NCBI GenBank assembly: GCA_965215895.1
Contig: OZ244130.1
Coordinates: forward strand, 2,336,157-2,400,156
Source: Vicinamibacterales bacterium
Lineage (GTDB): Bacteria > Acidobacteriota > Vicinamibacteria > Vicinamibacterales > UBA8438
Length of the DNA: 64,000 nt
Direction: 5' to 3'
Shown here: piece after piece, positions 38,710 through 49,031 of the stretch
Position numbering within the stretch: position 1 is the first letter of the stretch
How the letters are laid out: every line of letters begins with the position of its first letter
The notes under the pieces: model-generated
What the model saw: only the letters and a program-made list of their open reading frames with translations
Told to the model about the DNA's origin: nothing
The model's database searches: none
Program-made: the position numbers and the translations under genes

Positions 38710-39110
38710 TTTTTTTGGTGTTTGCCATGGAAGGTTCCTTGGGTCCTTTATTGCTACCTCTTAGAGGCGCCTTGTCGAAGAACGACCACTTCAATTTGAA
38801 GGGAGCCAGCGGGAACCTCGGGTTGCTCCTTCGTCACTTGTCGCTTTGGCTGGCAGGGCGCGTTGGGATCGTCGCAGCGAACAGGGTGGCGACTGGCAGG
38901 AGCAAGTAGAGGCCCGAGCGGGGCATAGTCACTGGGGTTCCCGCGTAGTTTGGGGCCGGCCACACGGACAAGCAAGGTAAGCGGCATGGGTACTGTGGAA
39001 GCGGGAACCCTTCATCGCAGGGCGAAGATAACACGAATAGGCGGGATCGTCAAGGGCGGGGGAGGAAGGGGCGATGGCGGATGAAGCGGCTGGGGACTGG
39101 TGGTTGTCGA

Positions 39111-39793
39111 TCACGGCGCGGCTTTCAGTAAGCGGTTGCAGAGATCGGCGACGTACGCGAGGTTGGTCGCCACCCGTTCGGCATCCGACTCGTCGAAGAT
39201 GTCCGGGGGGCCGAGGTCTGGTGCTCGTCGCCGTAGAACGGGATGCCGCGGTCGCCCGCCATCTCGGTCGAGATGGTGGCCAAGCGACTGGGGAAGGCGC
39301 GCGGCCTCGTGGCGGAGCAGTTCGGCGACGTCGTCGTCTGGGTTGGCTCGGGGGCGACGAGGCGCGGCGCACCCTTGAGGAACAGCGCGACGCAATCCTG
39401 CGCCTCGCGGAGGACGGTGACCGACAGCCTACGCTCGACGGCGAGGCGAACCAGCTCCACCCGGCTCGCGGCTTCCCTCGATGTAGAGCCGTCCCATGCG
39501 CGAACTGGTCATATCGTGACCACCTCGGCGAACCGGAAGTCCGGCTTCAGGTGCCAGTACCGGCTTCCGTCGTCGAGGAACACCCGGCGGCCTTTAAGCT
39601 CCCGGATGGGGGCGCGCATGGCAGCGAGCGCCGTCTTGAAGAACTTCCCGTGGTCGACGAACAGGATTGTCCTCCTCGACGATGTCGAGGTAGAGCGGGC
39701 TGTGGAACCGCGCCTCCTGACCGCGTTCGTGCCCAAGCTTCCGGCGCTGCGACAGGTCGTGCGCGACCCGGTGGCCGGCAGGTACATCTTCAT
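39111..39793 (-). pseudogene. Degraded two-gene cassette of unknown function (TA-like organisation)
   Basis: Gene 1 ends ...ILFVDHGKFFKTALAAMRAPIRELKGRRVFLDDGSRYWHLKPDFRFAEVVTI* (39509), and its frame is lost upstream near 39665. Gene 2 starts at GTG 39460 (VELVRLAVERRLSVTVLREAQDCVALFLKG...). It shifts frame at a G6/C6 run (39205-39210) to end ...PDIFDESDAERVATNLAYVADLCNRLLKAAP* (39111). Third-position G/C is very high in these frames. Confidence 0.35.
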
Positions 39794-39850
39794 GTTCCTC
39801 GTCCTCCTCCTCCGTCAGGGCGTGCGCATGGTGACCACGGGCGAGTTCGG

Positions 39851-40294
39851 CTACGATGAAAGGGGCTTATCGTCTGCATCCCGTTCTGGGTAGGGCTCGG
39901 GTTCCAGAACGGCGTTATCTTTCCCGATCGCCTGCCGGCGTGCTGCCGGGGCGTGCTCGACACCGGCACGGCCGGCGGGGGGGTGGTGCCAATGGTCCTG
40001 ACCCTGCTGGTGTCCCTTCGGCGGCGGTTCGATGCTGCTGACGTCCGCTGAGGCACGTGCCAGATCGAGGTCGTACATCCGCTGCAGGTTCAACCAGAAC
40101 TCGGGTGTCGTTCCAAGGGCCCGCCCGACTCGCAACGCCGTGTGCGCCGTGACGGATCGGCGGCCGTGCACGATCTCGTTGATGCGCCGCGGAGGTACGC
40201 CGATGGCCCGAGCCAGACGGTACTGGCTGATTCCGAGCTCGGTCAGCATCTCGGCGAGGTGTTCACCGGGATGGATGGGAGTGATGTGGGTCAT
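39851..40294 (-). CDS. higA: HigA-family antitoxin (XRE HTH)
   Basis: MTHITPIHPGEHLAEMLTELGISQYRLARAIGVPPRRINEIVHGRRSVTAHTALRVGRALGTTPEFWLNLQRMYDLDLA is canonical HigA. The C-terminal tail of about 60 aa is unusual and may not be native. Confidence 0.8.
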   Translation of the reverse strand: MTHITPIHPGEHLAEMLTELGISQYRLARAIGVPPRRINEIVHGRRSVTAHTALRVGRALGTTPEFWLNLQRMYDLDLARASADVSSIEPPPKGHQQGQDHWHHPPAGRAGVEHAPAARRQAIGKDNAVLEPEPYPERDADDKPLSS

Positions 40295-40305
40295 GGTGTT
40301 CGCTC

Positions 40306-40383
40306 TCAGTGATAGTCGGTGATCTCGATCTCCTTGGCACCGTGATCCGTCCAGCGAAAGCAGATACCCAGCCGGGCTATCGC
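40306..40383 (-). pseudogene. higB: HigB toxin remnant (last ~25 codons only)
   Basis: ...AIARLGICFRWTDHGAKEIEITDYH* ends 11 nt upstream of higA. It matches the RICFRW..G....V.DYH C-terminus of HigB/RelE-type killers. No start codon or N-terminal part is present. Confidence 0.55.
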
Positions 40384-40491
40384 AGACCGAAGGAGGGCCC
40401 CGAGCGTCACGGGCACGTTCCGCGTGCTCGGTTCGGCACCGGGAAGCGGTTGCGCTGGCCGCCGTTCCGGTGGGGCCCCGGACGCCGTCGA

Positions 40492-42471
40492 TCAGGCTAC
40501 CGCCGGCGCGGCGAATTGCGCGTCGTAGAGCGCCACGTACGCCCCGCCGGCCCGCAGCAACTCCTCGTGCGTGCCCCGTTCCACGATGCGCCCCGCGTCC
40601 ATCACCAGAATCAGATCCGCGTCGCGAATCGTGGACAGCCGGTGCGCGATGACGAAGCTGGTCCGGTCGGTGCGCAGCGCCGCCATCGCGTGCTGCAGCA
40701 GCAGCTCGGTGCGCGTGTCGACCGAGCTCGTCGCTTCGTCGAGGATCAGCAACGCGGGATCGGCGAGGAACGCGCGGGCGATCGTGATCAGTTGGCGCTC
40801 GCCGGCGCTGAGGTTGCCGCCCGCCTCGTCGACCACGGTGTCGTACCCGTCGGGCAGACTGCGGACGAACCGGTGCACGAACGTGGCCCGCGCCGCCTCT
40901 AGAATCTCCGCGTCGGACGCCCCCGGCCGGCCGTACGCGATGTTGTCGCGAATCGTCCCCTCGAAGAGCCAGGTGTCCTGCAGCACCATGCTCACCTGCC
41001 GGCGCAGGTCGGCGCGCGGCATCTGCGCGATATCCACGCCGTCGAGGGTGATCCGGCCCGCGCCGATGTCATAGAACCGCATCACCAGATTGACCAGGGT
41101 CGTCTTGCCGGCGCCGGTGGGGCCGACGATGGCCACGGTGTGACCCGGGTCGGCCAGCAGCGACAGATCCGTGATGAGCGGCGTGTCCCGATCGTAACGG
41201 AACGACACGCCCTCGAACTCGACACGACCGCGTCGCGCACACGGGGGTGCCGGTGCGGCGCTGTCGGCGGGCTCCTCCCCGGCGTCGAGCAGCTCGAACA
41301 CCCGCTCCGCCGAGGCCACCCCCGACTGCAGCAGATTGACCATCGACGCCACCTGGGTCAGCGGATGCGTGAACTGCCGCGAGTACTGGATGAACGCCTG
41401 GACGGCGCCCAGGCTCATCGCGCCGGTCGCCACCTGCAACCCGCCGACGACCGCGATCGCCACGTAGTTCAGGTTGCCGATGAACATCATCATCGGCATG
41501 ATCAGACCCGAGATGAACTGCGCCCCGAAGCTGGCCTCGAACAACGCTTCGTTCTCGGCCGCGAACCGCGCCTCGACGTCGCGCCGGCGGCCGAACACCT
41601 TGGTCAGCTCGTGCCCGGTGAACGCCTCCTCGACCTGCGCGTTGAGCGTGCCGGTCCGCCGCCACTGCGACACGAACAGCGCCTGCGAGCGTTTCATGAC
41701 GAGACCCGCCAGCGCCATGCTCACCGGGATCGTGACCAGGGCGATCAGCGCGAGGGTCGGCGAGAGGTAGAGCATCATCCCGACCACGCCGATCACCGTG
41801 AGCAGCGAGCTGAGGAGCTGACTCAGGGTCTGGGCCAGGCTCTGCGAGACGTTGTCGATGTCGTTGGTGACCCGGCTGAGCAGTTCGCCCCGGGGCTGCC
41901 GGTCGAAGTACCCGAGGGGCAGCCGGTTGATCTTGTCTTCGACCTCGGCCCGCATCCGGTACACCGTGCCCTGGACCACGTCGTTGACGAGGTAACCCTG
42001 CAACCAGCTCAGCAGCGACCCCGCCACGTAGAGGGCGAGCACGAGCAGCAGCACCCGGCCCACCGCCTCGAAGTCGACACCCTGCCCCGGCACGATGTCG
42101 TCCATCGCCGCCAGCATGTCCGCCAGCCGCGCGTCGCCGGACGCCCGGACCGTGTCGACCGCCTGCGCCCGGGTCACCCCGGGCGGCAACTGCCGGCCGA
42201 ACAGACCGGCGAAGATCAGATCCGTGGCGCCGCCGAGAATCCGGGGACCGACCGCGAACAGAGCCACGCTGACCACCGCCAGCGCCACGACGGCCGCGAC
42301 CTTCGCGCGCTCGGGACGCATGCGCGCCAGCATCCGTTTGGCCGAGGGCCCGAAGCGCATCGCCTTCTGGGCGACCATGCCGCCGCTCAGCGGCCCGCCG
42401 CCCGGTCCGCCCGGCCGGACGCGCTCGGTCTGCTTCAGCGTGCGGGGCGGGGGCGTACCCGCGGCGCTCAT
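40492..42471 (-). CDS. ABC exporter, fused permease/ATPase (half-transporter B)
   Basis: Start MSAAGTPP at 42471 (ATGA overlap with the upstream gene). Six-TM domain, Walker A (GPTGAGKTT), signature (LSAGERQ), Walker B (LILDEATS). Confidence 0.85.
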   Translation of the reverse strand: MSAAGTPPPRTLKQTERVRPGGPGGGPLSGGMVAQKAMRFGPSAKRMLARMRPERAKVAAVVALAVVSVALFAVGPRILGGATDLIFAGLFGRQLPPGVTRAQAVDTVRASGDARLADMLAAMDDIVPGQGVDFEAVGRVLLLVLALYVAGSLLSWLQGYLVNDVVQGTVYRMRAEVEDKINRLPLGYFDRQPRGELLSRVTNDIDNVSQSLAQTLSQLLSSLLTVIGVVGMMLYLSPTLALIALVTIPVSMALAGLVMKRSQALFVSQWRRTGTLNAQVEEAFTGHELTKVFGRRRDVEARFAAENEALFEASFGAQFISGLIMPMMMFIGNLNYVAIAVVGGLQVATGAMSLGAVQAFIQYSRQFTHPLTQVASMVNLLQSGVASAERVFELLDAGEEPADSAAPAPPCARRGRVEFEGVSFRYDRDTPLITDLSLLADPGHTVAIVGPTGAGKTTLVNLVMRFYDIGAGRITLDGVDIAQMPRADLRRQVSMVLQDTWLFEGTIRDNIAYGRPGASDAEILEAARATFVHRFVRSLPDGYDTVVDEAGGNLSAGERQLITIARAFLADPALLILDEATSSVDTRTELLLQHAMAALRTDRTSFVIAHRLSTIRDADLILVMDAGRIVERGTHEELLRAGGAYVALYDAQFAAPAVA

Positions 42472-44201
42472 GCCCGCTCCTCCGCGCCGAGCTGCGACTC
42501 GACGATCTCCAGATAGGTCGCACAGCCGGCCAGCAACTCCTCGTGCCGGCCGAGTCCGACGACCACCCCGCCTTCGAGCACGATGATCTGGTCGGCGTCG
42601 AGAATCGTCGACACCCGTTGTGCGACGACGACGACGGCGGCCTCCCGGGTGACCGGCCTCAAAGCCTGCCGCAGCCGCCGGTCGGTGGCGAGATCGAGGG
42701 CGGAGAACGAGTCGTCGAAGAGATAGATCTCGGGGGCGCCGATCAGCGCCCGCGCGATCGCCACGCGCTGCCGCTGCCCCCCGGACAGGTTCGTCCCGCC
42801 CTGCGCGATCGGCGCCTCGAGACCGTCGGGCATCTCCATGACGAATTCGCGGGCCTGGGCGGTCTCGAGCGCCGCCCACATCTCCCCCACGGTTGCGTCC
42901 GGTCTGCCGTAGCGCAGGTTCGAGGCGAGGGTGCCCGAGAACAGATACCCCTCCTGCGGCACCAGCCCGATCCGGCTCCACAACAGCTCGGGGTCGAGCC
43001 GGCGCACGTCCACCCCGCCGACGCTGACCTCGCCGCCGGTGACGTCGAAGAGCCGCGGCACCAGACGCAGCAGCGTGCTCTTGCCGGCGCCGGTCGATCC
43101 GATGATCGCGGTGGTCTGCCCCGGCTCCGCCGCGAAGCTGATCCCCCGCAGCACCGGCTCGCTCGCACCGGGGTAGCTGAACTCCACGCCGGAGAGCCGC
43201 AACGCCGCCCGCCCGCGAAGCTCGGTCACCGGCGCCGGCGGCGGGACCACGGAGGACTCGGTGTCGAGCACCTCGCCGATGCGGTCGGCGCAGACCGCGG
43301 CCCGCGGCACGAGCACCACCATGAAGGTCGCCATCATGACCGCGATCAGGATCTGGATCAGATAGGCGAGAAAGGCGGTCAGCGAGCCCACCTGCATCGC
43401 GCCCGCGTCCACCCGTTGCCCGCCGAACCAGAGCACGGCGACGCTGGATACGTTGAGAATCAGGAGCACCAGCGGAAACGTCGTCGCCATCCAGCGGCCC
43501 ACCCGCAGGGCGACCTCGGTGACCTCGAGATTGGCCGTTTCGAACCGGCGGGTCTCGAACGGCTCCCGCACGAACGCCCGGACCACCCGGATACCCGTGA
43601 TCTGCTCGCGCAGGATCTTGTTGACCGCGTCGATGCGCACCTGCATGAGCCGGAAACTCGGGATCGTCCTGTAAATCACCACGCCGAGACCGGCAAGGAG
43701 GGCGGGGACGCTGACGCCGAGCAGCCAGGACAGCCCGATATCCTCTCGCAGCGCCATGATCACGCCGCCGGCCATCATGATCGGCGCACTGACCATCAGC
43801 GTGCAGCTCAGCAGAACGAGCATCTGCACCTGCTGCACGTCGTTGGTGTTCCGCGTGATCAGGGACGGGGCGCCGAACCGGGCGACCTCGCGGCTCGAGA
43901 ACGACCCGATCCGGTGGAACACCGCCGCCCGCACGTCCCGGCCGAGTCCCATGGCGGTCCGCGCCCCGCAATAGACGGCGGCCACGGTGGCGGCGATCTG
44001 CACCAGGGCCACCGCCAGCATGACGAGCCCGGTGCGAGCGATGTAGCCGGTGTCGCCGCGCGCGACGCCGTTGTCGATGATGTCGGCGTTCAGGCTCGGC
44101 AGAAACAGCGCCGCGATCGTGGCGACGAACTGCAGGCCGGCCACGCCGAGCAACCACGTACGGTACGGCCGGAGGAAGGTCCGGAGCAGTCGAAGCAGCA
44201 T
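42468..44201 (-). CDS. ABC exporter, fused permease/ATPase (half-transporter A)
   Basis: 577 aa with Walker A (GSTGAGKST), [15 protein letters not shown], and [12 protein letters not shown]. Likely forms a heterodimer with the downstream gene. Confidence 0.85.
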   Translation of the reverse strand: MLLRLLRTFLRPYRTWLLGVAGLQFVATIAALFLPSLNADIIDNGVARGDTGYIARTGLVMLAVALVQIAATVAAVYCGARTAMGLGRDVRAAVFHRIGSFSSREVARFGAPSLITRNTNDVQQVQMLVLLSCTLMVSAPIMMAGGVIMALREDIGLSWLLGVSVPALLAGLGVVIYRTIPSFRLMQVRIDAVNKILREQITGIRVVRAFVREPFETRRFETANLEVTEVALRVGRWMATTFPLVLLILNVSSVAVLWFGGQRVDAGAMQVGSLTAFLAYLIQILIAVMMATFMVVLVPRAAVCADRIGEVLDTESSVVPPPAPVTELRGRAALRLSGVEFSYPGASEPVLRGISFAAEPGQTTAIIGSTGAGKSTLLRLVPRLFDVTGGEVSVGGVDVRRLDPELLWSRIGLVPQEGYLFSGTLASNLRYGRPDATVGEMWAALETAQAREFVMEMPDGLEAPIAQGGTNLSGGQRQRVAIARALIGAPEIYLFDDSFSALDLATDRRLRQALRPVTREAAVVVVAQRVSTILDADQIIVLEGGVVVGLGRHEELLAGCATYLEIVESQLGAEERA

Positions 44202-44372
44202 GCACGTGTACTCGGGTCGCTATGACAGAAAACGCGCGGCCGCGAGCACCAGGCATCGCTGGCGGCGACGATGGACGTGCGGAGCGGTTCCGGCACGGAC
44301 GCCGGCAGGTTCCCGGCCGAGGGAGCGATCGTACTCACGGGCCGGATTCTAGCAGCCGTGCCCCGGGCGGGC

Positions 44373-45461
44373 TCAGTTCGGGACGAGGAACAGGTTGGTC
44401 ATGTCGCCGTCGAGGCTGATGGTGCGCAGATAGCGGTAGGTGGACGCCTCGTAAAGGTCGATGGTAGCGCCCGCCTGGTGGACGTAGAGGAGCTGGCCGT
44501 TGGTGCTCACGGCCAACGACATGCGGGGGCGTCCCTCGATGACCTCGCGCCGCTCGACGCCCCGCCCCGCGAGGTCGAAGGTCCAGAACTCGTAGTGGCC
44601 GATTTGCCTCAGAATCGCGTAGGCCTTGCTCCTTCCCGGCGCGAGAGAGAACGAGGACAGCGGCTGGTCCGGTCCGAGGGTGTAGAAGTCGACGTTGCGC
44701 TCCGCGAGGTTGATGCGGGCCACCCCCATCAGGCGCCGGTTCTGCACCGGGTCCTGTACCCGGAAGAGGCTCGTGAAGTAGCCCGGCTCCTCGTTCGGGT
44801 CGACGCGGAAGCCGAAGCTGAACCGCTCCAGGTCCGGCGCCTCGATCCGCGAGAGCTCCCACCGATCGACCTCCTCGAACGACTCGGTGTCGAGGGCGAT
44901 GATCTCCCCGCCGAACAGATAGAGCAGGCCGCCGTCGGGCGAGAACAGCATGTTCACCCCGGTCTGTTCCTCGCCGTCCGGCCACGGGATCTCGCGCATG
45001 ATCTCGTGCGACGTCAGATCCACCTGCAGCAGCCGCCGCGGCGCGATCTCGAACCGGTCGATCTGCTTGGTCGCGGTGTCGGCGAGCAGTATCGCGTAGC
45101 GGTCGTCCGGCGACACCACCATGCTGCGGATGCGCACCTTCGTCGCGCCGTCGCTCAGGGTGAAGGTGTCGACGGTGCTTCGGGTCTCGAGGTCGATCAC
45201 TTCGATCTGCTCGAACGTCCGGTCGCGCATGTACATGCGGGAGCCGTCGGCCGACATCCGCATGTCGTTCGGCGGTCCCCCGAGGGTCATCTCGATCGTG
45301 TCGACGACCTGCTCGGTCGCCTCGTCGATGACGTAGATGCGGTTGGGGAACGCGCCGACGTAGAAGGTGCCGTCGCCGCCGGTGAGCTCGGCCGCGGGCT
45401 GGGCGAGCGCGCTGCCGGACAGGAGGACGAGAATCGCGAAGGTGTGGACCAGCTCGCGCAT
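44373..45461 (-). CDS. qhpB: Quinohemoprotein amine dehydrogenase beta subunit (beta-propeller)
   Basis: 362 aa with a signal peptide and repetitive propeller-like strands (YVIDEATEQVVDTIEM, IEVIDLETRSTVDTF, IIALDTESFEEVDRW, IDLYEASTYRYLRTISL). Its position after qhpC also fits. Confidence 0.7.
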   Translation of the reverse strand: MRELVHTFAILVLLSGSALAQPAAELTGGDGTFYVGAFPNRIYVIDEATEQVVDTIEMTLGGPPNDMRMSADGSRMYMRDRTFEQIEVIDLETRSTVDTFTLSDGATKVRIRSMVVSPDDRYAILLADTATKQIDRFEIAPRRLLQVDLTSHEIMREIPWPDGEEQTGVNMLFSPDGGLLYLFGGEIIALDTESFEEVDRWELSRIEAPDLERFSFGFRVDPNEEPGYFTSLFRVQDPVQNRRLMGVARINLAERNVDFYTLGPDQPLSSFSLAPGRSKAYAILRQIGHYEFWTFDLAGRGVERREVIEGRPRMSLAVSTNGQLLYVHQAGATIDLYEASTYRYLRTISLDGDMTNLFLVPN

Positions 45462-45564
45462 GGGTCGAGGTCTCCCGAAAGAGGGACGGGCTCAGGGAGT
45501 CGGCCCCGCCGGTGGGAGGCGGTTGCCTCCGGCCGGCGGGGCCGCCGTTCCGCGGCGCAGACTC

Positions 45565-45933
45565 CTACGGAAAGATCAGGTCGATGTTGCGCCAGTCCTT
45601 CTGGGCGGCGGCGCACTTGCCGGTCCAGTCGGGGGTGTGGTTGAGCTGGTCGGGGACGTGCGCGGGCCAGAAGCAGCCGCGATGGCAGTCGAACAGATCC
45701 CGCTCGACCGGCTGGCACAGCCCGGCGGTGCCGCCGTTGCGATCCGCCTCCCAGCCCGGCGAGAAGACCAGCGAGCAGCCCAGCGGGATGTGCGGCCCCT
45801 CCGGTTGCTGGGGAGGACCCGATCCCTGCTGCAGCGCGACGACGTCCCCGGCCGGGGACGCGTCCGGCGCGGGCGTGGCGACCGTCCGCTCGACGCGGGC
45901 GGCCTTCTGGTTGATCGCTCTCAGGTGTCTCAT
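45565..45933 (-). CDS. qhpC: Quinohemoprotein amine dehydrogenase gamma subunit precursor (CTQ/thioether peptide)
   Basis: The core GCSLVFSPGWEADRNGGTAGLCQPVERDLFDCHRGCFWPAHVPD...DWRNIDLIFP has Cys/Glu/Asp/Trp spacing that matches the QhpC crosslink pattern as I recall it (C+9 E, C+6 D, C-x3-C-x-W, C+8 D). Confidence 0.8.
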   Translation of the reverse strand: MRHLRAINQKAARVERTVATPAPDASPAGDVVALQQGSGPPQQPEGPHIPLGCSLVFSPGWEADRNGGTAGLCQPVERDLFDCHRGCFWPAHVPDQLNHTPDWTGKCAAAQKDWRNIDLIFP

Positions 45934-45948
45934 GGTCTCACCGCCCGC

Positions 45949-47373
45949 TCACTCGAACCGGCGCAGGTACTGGGGGTTCCGTTCGGCCAGCTCGCCGTAG
46001 ACCCGCAGGCAGACGTCGGTCCAGCCGCGAATCCACTCGCAATAGTGCAGATTCGGTTGGGCGCTCGTACCGTATCGAGTGTGCGCCTCGTGATAGCACC
46101 CGCCGGAGCACAGCGGGCGCGCCCAGCAGGTGTGGCAGTCGGTCTTGTTCGCCAGGTGATGACGTTCGAGAAACGCATTCTGGGCGCCCCGGTCTATGCC
46201 GTCGGTGACGGTGCCCAGCTTGTGCTCGTCCGAGCCCGCGAACCGATGGCACAGGGCGATGTCGCCGCCGGTGGCGACCCCCACCAGCCCCAGCCCCGCC
46301 CCGCAGGGGTAGGCCTTGCTGGCGCCCTTGTGGATCTCTTCGAGCGTCTCGCTCACGTTGGAGAACCCGTGGTGCCGCCCGGCCAGCGCCGCCTCGAGAA
46401 ACTCGTCGGCCAGCACCGTGAACTGCTCCACCATCTGGTCGAACCCCGACCCGTCGAGCGCGTAGTCGCGGCCGGGGGAGGTCGTCACCGGGGCGAACCC
46501 CACCTCCTGGAATCCGATCTCCTCGGTCAGGTGCCGGTAGATGCTCGCGACGTCGCTGACCTGCGAGGTCAGGGTCACCCGGGCCCCGATGGGCCGGCTC
46601 GTGTGGCGCCGCAGCAGCTCGCGCACCCGCGGGAGCAGCACCTCGTAGCTGCCGCCGCCGTCGTGAAACACGCGGAAGCGGTTCTGCATCTCGGGGGGAC
46701 CGTCGATCGACACCGTCACCGAGATGTCGTTGTCGGCCAGGAACCCGATCATCTCGCCCGTCAGCAGCGTGGCGTTCGTTGTCAGGTTGAACTCGACGTG
46801 CTTGCCCCGGGCCTGCGCCTGCTCGCGGGCGTAGGGCACGACGCGGCTCAGGACCCGGTAGTTCATCAGCGTCTCGCCGCCGAAGAAGCTCACGTGCACC
46901 ACCCGGTTGTCGCCCGACTCCTTCATCAGCAGGTCGACGCTCTGGCGGGCGGTCTCCTCGCTCATGAACTTCGGCTGCGCCCCGTTGGTGGTGTCGACGA
47001 TCTTGTCCTCGCTGTACTCGTAGCAGTACGTGCAGCTGAGGTTGCACTGATTGGTGACGTTGAGGACCGCGGTCGTCAGCGGGAACGGCGTCAACGGGAT
47101 GAACGCCGGCGCCGGGGGCGGCGGCGCGGCGACGGCGCGCACCGCGTGGACCTGCTCGAGCTCGGTCAGGGTCTGCTCGAGGTCGGCGTCGGGAAACCGC
47201 GATCCGACGTCGGCGAGGAGATCCTGACGCGGCACCTGCCGCTCGGCGAGGCCGTCGATGAGGGCCGCCGCCGGCTCGTCGAGCGCGAACACCGCCGCGC
47301 TCGGCACCAGATAGAGGAACCGCCGGCCGGCGGCGGCGAACGGATGAAACTCTCCCTGTGCCAGTAGGCTCAT
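45949..47373 (-). CDS. qhpD: Radical SAM/SPASM peptide maturase QhpD
   Basis: Start MSLLAQGEF at 47373 in ORF 45949..47637. CxxxCxxC (NQCNLSCTYCY) and a C-terminal SPASM Cys cluster (CGAG...CHRF...CHTCWARPLCSGGCYHE). Confidence 0.85.
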   Translation of the reverse strand: MSLLAQGEFHPFAAAGRRFLYLVPSAAVFALDEPAAALIDGLAERQVPRQDLLADVGSRFPDADLEQTLTELEQVHAVRAVAAPPPPAPAFIPLTPFPLTTAVLNVTNQCNLSCTYCYEYSEDKIVDTTNGAQPKFMSEETARQSVDLLMKESGDNRVVHVSFFGGETLMNYRVLSRVVPYAREQAQARGKHVEFNLTTNATLLTGEMIGFLADNDISVTVSIDGPPEMQNRFRVFHDGGGSYEVLLPRVRELLRRHTSRPIGARVTLTSQVSDVASIYRHLTEEIGFQEVGFAPVTTSPGRDYALDGSGFDQMVEQFTVLADEFLEAALAGRHHGFSNVSETLEEIHKGASKAYPCGAGLGLVGVATGGDIALCHRFAGSDEHKLGTVTDGIDRGAQNAFLERHHLANKTDCHTCWARPLCSGGCYHEAHTRYGTSAQPNLHYCEWIRGWTDVCLRVYGELAERNPQYLRRFE

Positions 47374-49031
47374 GGCTGCTCCACGGCCGCGGGGTCCCAG
47401 CGCAGGTAGAGAGGCACGGTGACGAGGAGATGGGCGCGGCCCCGCAGCCCGCCGCCCTCGCTCGCATCCGGCGGCCAGGTCGCCACGACCCAGACGTCGC
47501 CGACGTTGTTCCGGCTGCCGCTGCGCTCGACGTTCGGCCCGTCGACGGCTGGAATGAACAGCCCGCCGGGCTCGATGGCCCCCACGTAGCGGATGTCGTC
47601 GTCCCCGATGGTCACGGCGTACTCCTCGATCGACCACCGGGCGTCGACCATCCCCAGGTCCAGGTCGTCGTCGGTCGCCGGCTCGCCGTCCGGCCCGTTG
47701 TGCAAGGCCCGCGCCTCGAACTGCCGGAACTGCTTGGGGAAGCGGATCCCGCCGACCCGGGCCATGCCCGCTCTCGGGGTCACCTCGATGCGGTGCACCT
47801 CGTCATAGACGGTGACGGCGCCGGTCGCCGCGGTCTGATCGAGGACCAGATCGCGGCCGCCGGTGGCCGCGTCCGCGTCGACCCGCACCTGCACGTCCAG
47901 CCAGTCGCCGGTCGTCCCCGTCACCTCCAGCACCGAGACGCCGGGGCCGAGGTCGATGGAGTCGGCCGACGCGGCGAGGTTCCGGCCATGGACCCGGATC
48001 GTCGCGGTGGCGCCGGCCGCGAGCGACGGGGGATGCGCCCCGGCCACCGCCGGGGCCCCGGCGAGGCGCTCCAGGGTGACGTCGATCCCGGTCTCGTCGT
48101 AGCCGCCGGCGAACCACCGGCCCCGTATCGTGCGCCAGCCGCGCTCGACGAACATCACCTCGCGGAACTCGTCTTCGCTCGGGTCGCCGGGAATGGACCG
48201 GCCCCGCCACTGGAAGCCGGTATAGATGATGGCGCGGCCGGTGCGCTCGACCTGCCGGCCGGTGTGCGCGTAGGTGTACGTCGCCTCGGTCGTGAACTCG
48301 TCCTCGGAGCCGGCCACGGGGGTGATCGTCACGCTTCCGTAGACCGCGCCGCGGCCCTGCGCGTGTCCGCGCAGCAGCCACGTGCCGCCGACGCGGGGGG
48401 GCCGCATGGTCGCCGACCACGCCGACCACGCCGTGGTGTCGAACGGAAACCGCTCCGAGAGGTGGGCCACCGCCCGGTCGACCGCCTGCGGCTCGCCGTC
48501 GCCGGGGTTGCCGCGTCTGAAGGACTGGAAGTCGGTGAACGGGTAGTAGCCGCGATGCATCGCCATCAGCAGCGACCATTCCTCCTCGGTCCGTCGCTGG
48601 CTGATCACGCGCCCCATCGAGTGGCACTGCGTGCAGGTCTCTTCGATGTCCGCATCGTCGTAGGGCTGGTCGTCGCTGCGGCGCTCCGCCTCCCAGGCGG
48701 CGGCGTGCGCCTCGGCCGGGGCGAGGCCCAGGGTGTTCGCGAGAGTGCGCACGACGTCGCGGGCCGTCTCCGGGGTCAGGGGCACGTCGTTCAGGGTGAC
48801 CATGCGGCGGATGGTCTGCTGCCACCCCTCGGGCGTCGTGCGCCGGAACGAGATGCGCGACAGACGGCCCGCGTCGTCGGGGCGGTGGCACGAGCCGCAG
48901 GCCTCCAGCACCGTCTCGTCGTCGATGGGGATGCCCGGGCCGCCGGACTCGGCCGGCTGGGCGCTGGCGCCGGCCGTCACGAGCAGTGCGACGAGCGACG
49001 CGACGAGGAGCTTCGGACGGGGCAGTGGCAT
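47370..49031 (-). CDS. qhpA: Quinohemoprotein amine dehydrogenase alpha subunit (diheme)
   Basis: Signal peptide (MPLPRPKLLVASLVALLVTAGASA), two CxxCH sites (CGSCH, CTQCH), then about 400 aa of beta-rich domains. ATGA overlap with qhpD. Confidence 0.8.
   Translation of the reverse strand: MPLPRPKLLVASLVALLVTAGASAQPAESGGPGIPIDDETVLEACGSCHRPDDAGRLSRISFRRTTPEGWQQTIRRMVTLNDVPLTPETARDVVRTLANTLGLAPAEAHAAAWEAERRSDDQPYDDADIEETCTQCHSMGRVISQRRTEEEWSLLMAMHRGYYPFTDFQSFRRGNPGDGEPQAVDRAVAHLSERFPFDTTAWSAWSATMRPPRVGGTWLLRGHAQGRGAVYGSVTITPVAGSEDEFTTEATYTYAHTGRQVERTGRAIIYTGFQWRGRSIPGDPSEDEFREVMFVERGWRTIRGRWFAGGYDETGIDVTLERLAGAPAVAGAHPPSLAAGATATIRVHGRNLAASADSIDLGPGVSVLEVTGTTGDWLDVQVRVDADAATGGRDLVLDQTAATGAVTVYDEVHRIEVTPRAGMARVGGIRFPKQFRQFEARALHNGPDGEPATDDDLDLGMVDARWSIEEYAVTIGDDDIRYVGAIEPGGLFIPAVDGPNVERSGSRNNVGDVWVVATWPPDASEGGGLRGRAHLLVTVPLYLRWDPAAVEQP

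Noticed and set aside
39243-39893. Plus-strand ORF (216 aa) with a protein-like stretch, ...NRIVLLDDVEVERAVEPRLLTAFVPKLPALRQVVRDPVAGRYIF...
   Set aside because: It is antisense to the minus-strand cassette, whose frames have higher third-position G/C over most of the region. Only a short segment of the plus ORF looks protein-like; the rest is Arg/Ser/Thr-rich junk. The strand remains uncertain for 39665-39800.
40492-44256. A single 1254-aa ORF spanning both ABC transporter genes.
   Set aside because: Only its C-terminal 659 aa (from ATG 42471) are ABC-like. The N-terminal part is an out-of-frame overlap with the genuine 42468..44201 gene, whose stop overlaps ATG 42471 (ATGA). This is two genes, not a fusion.
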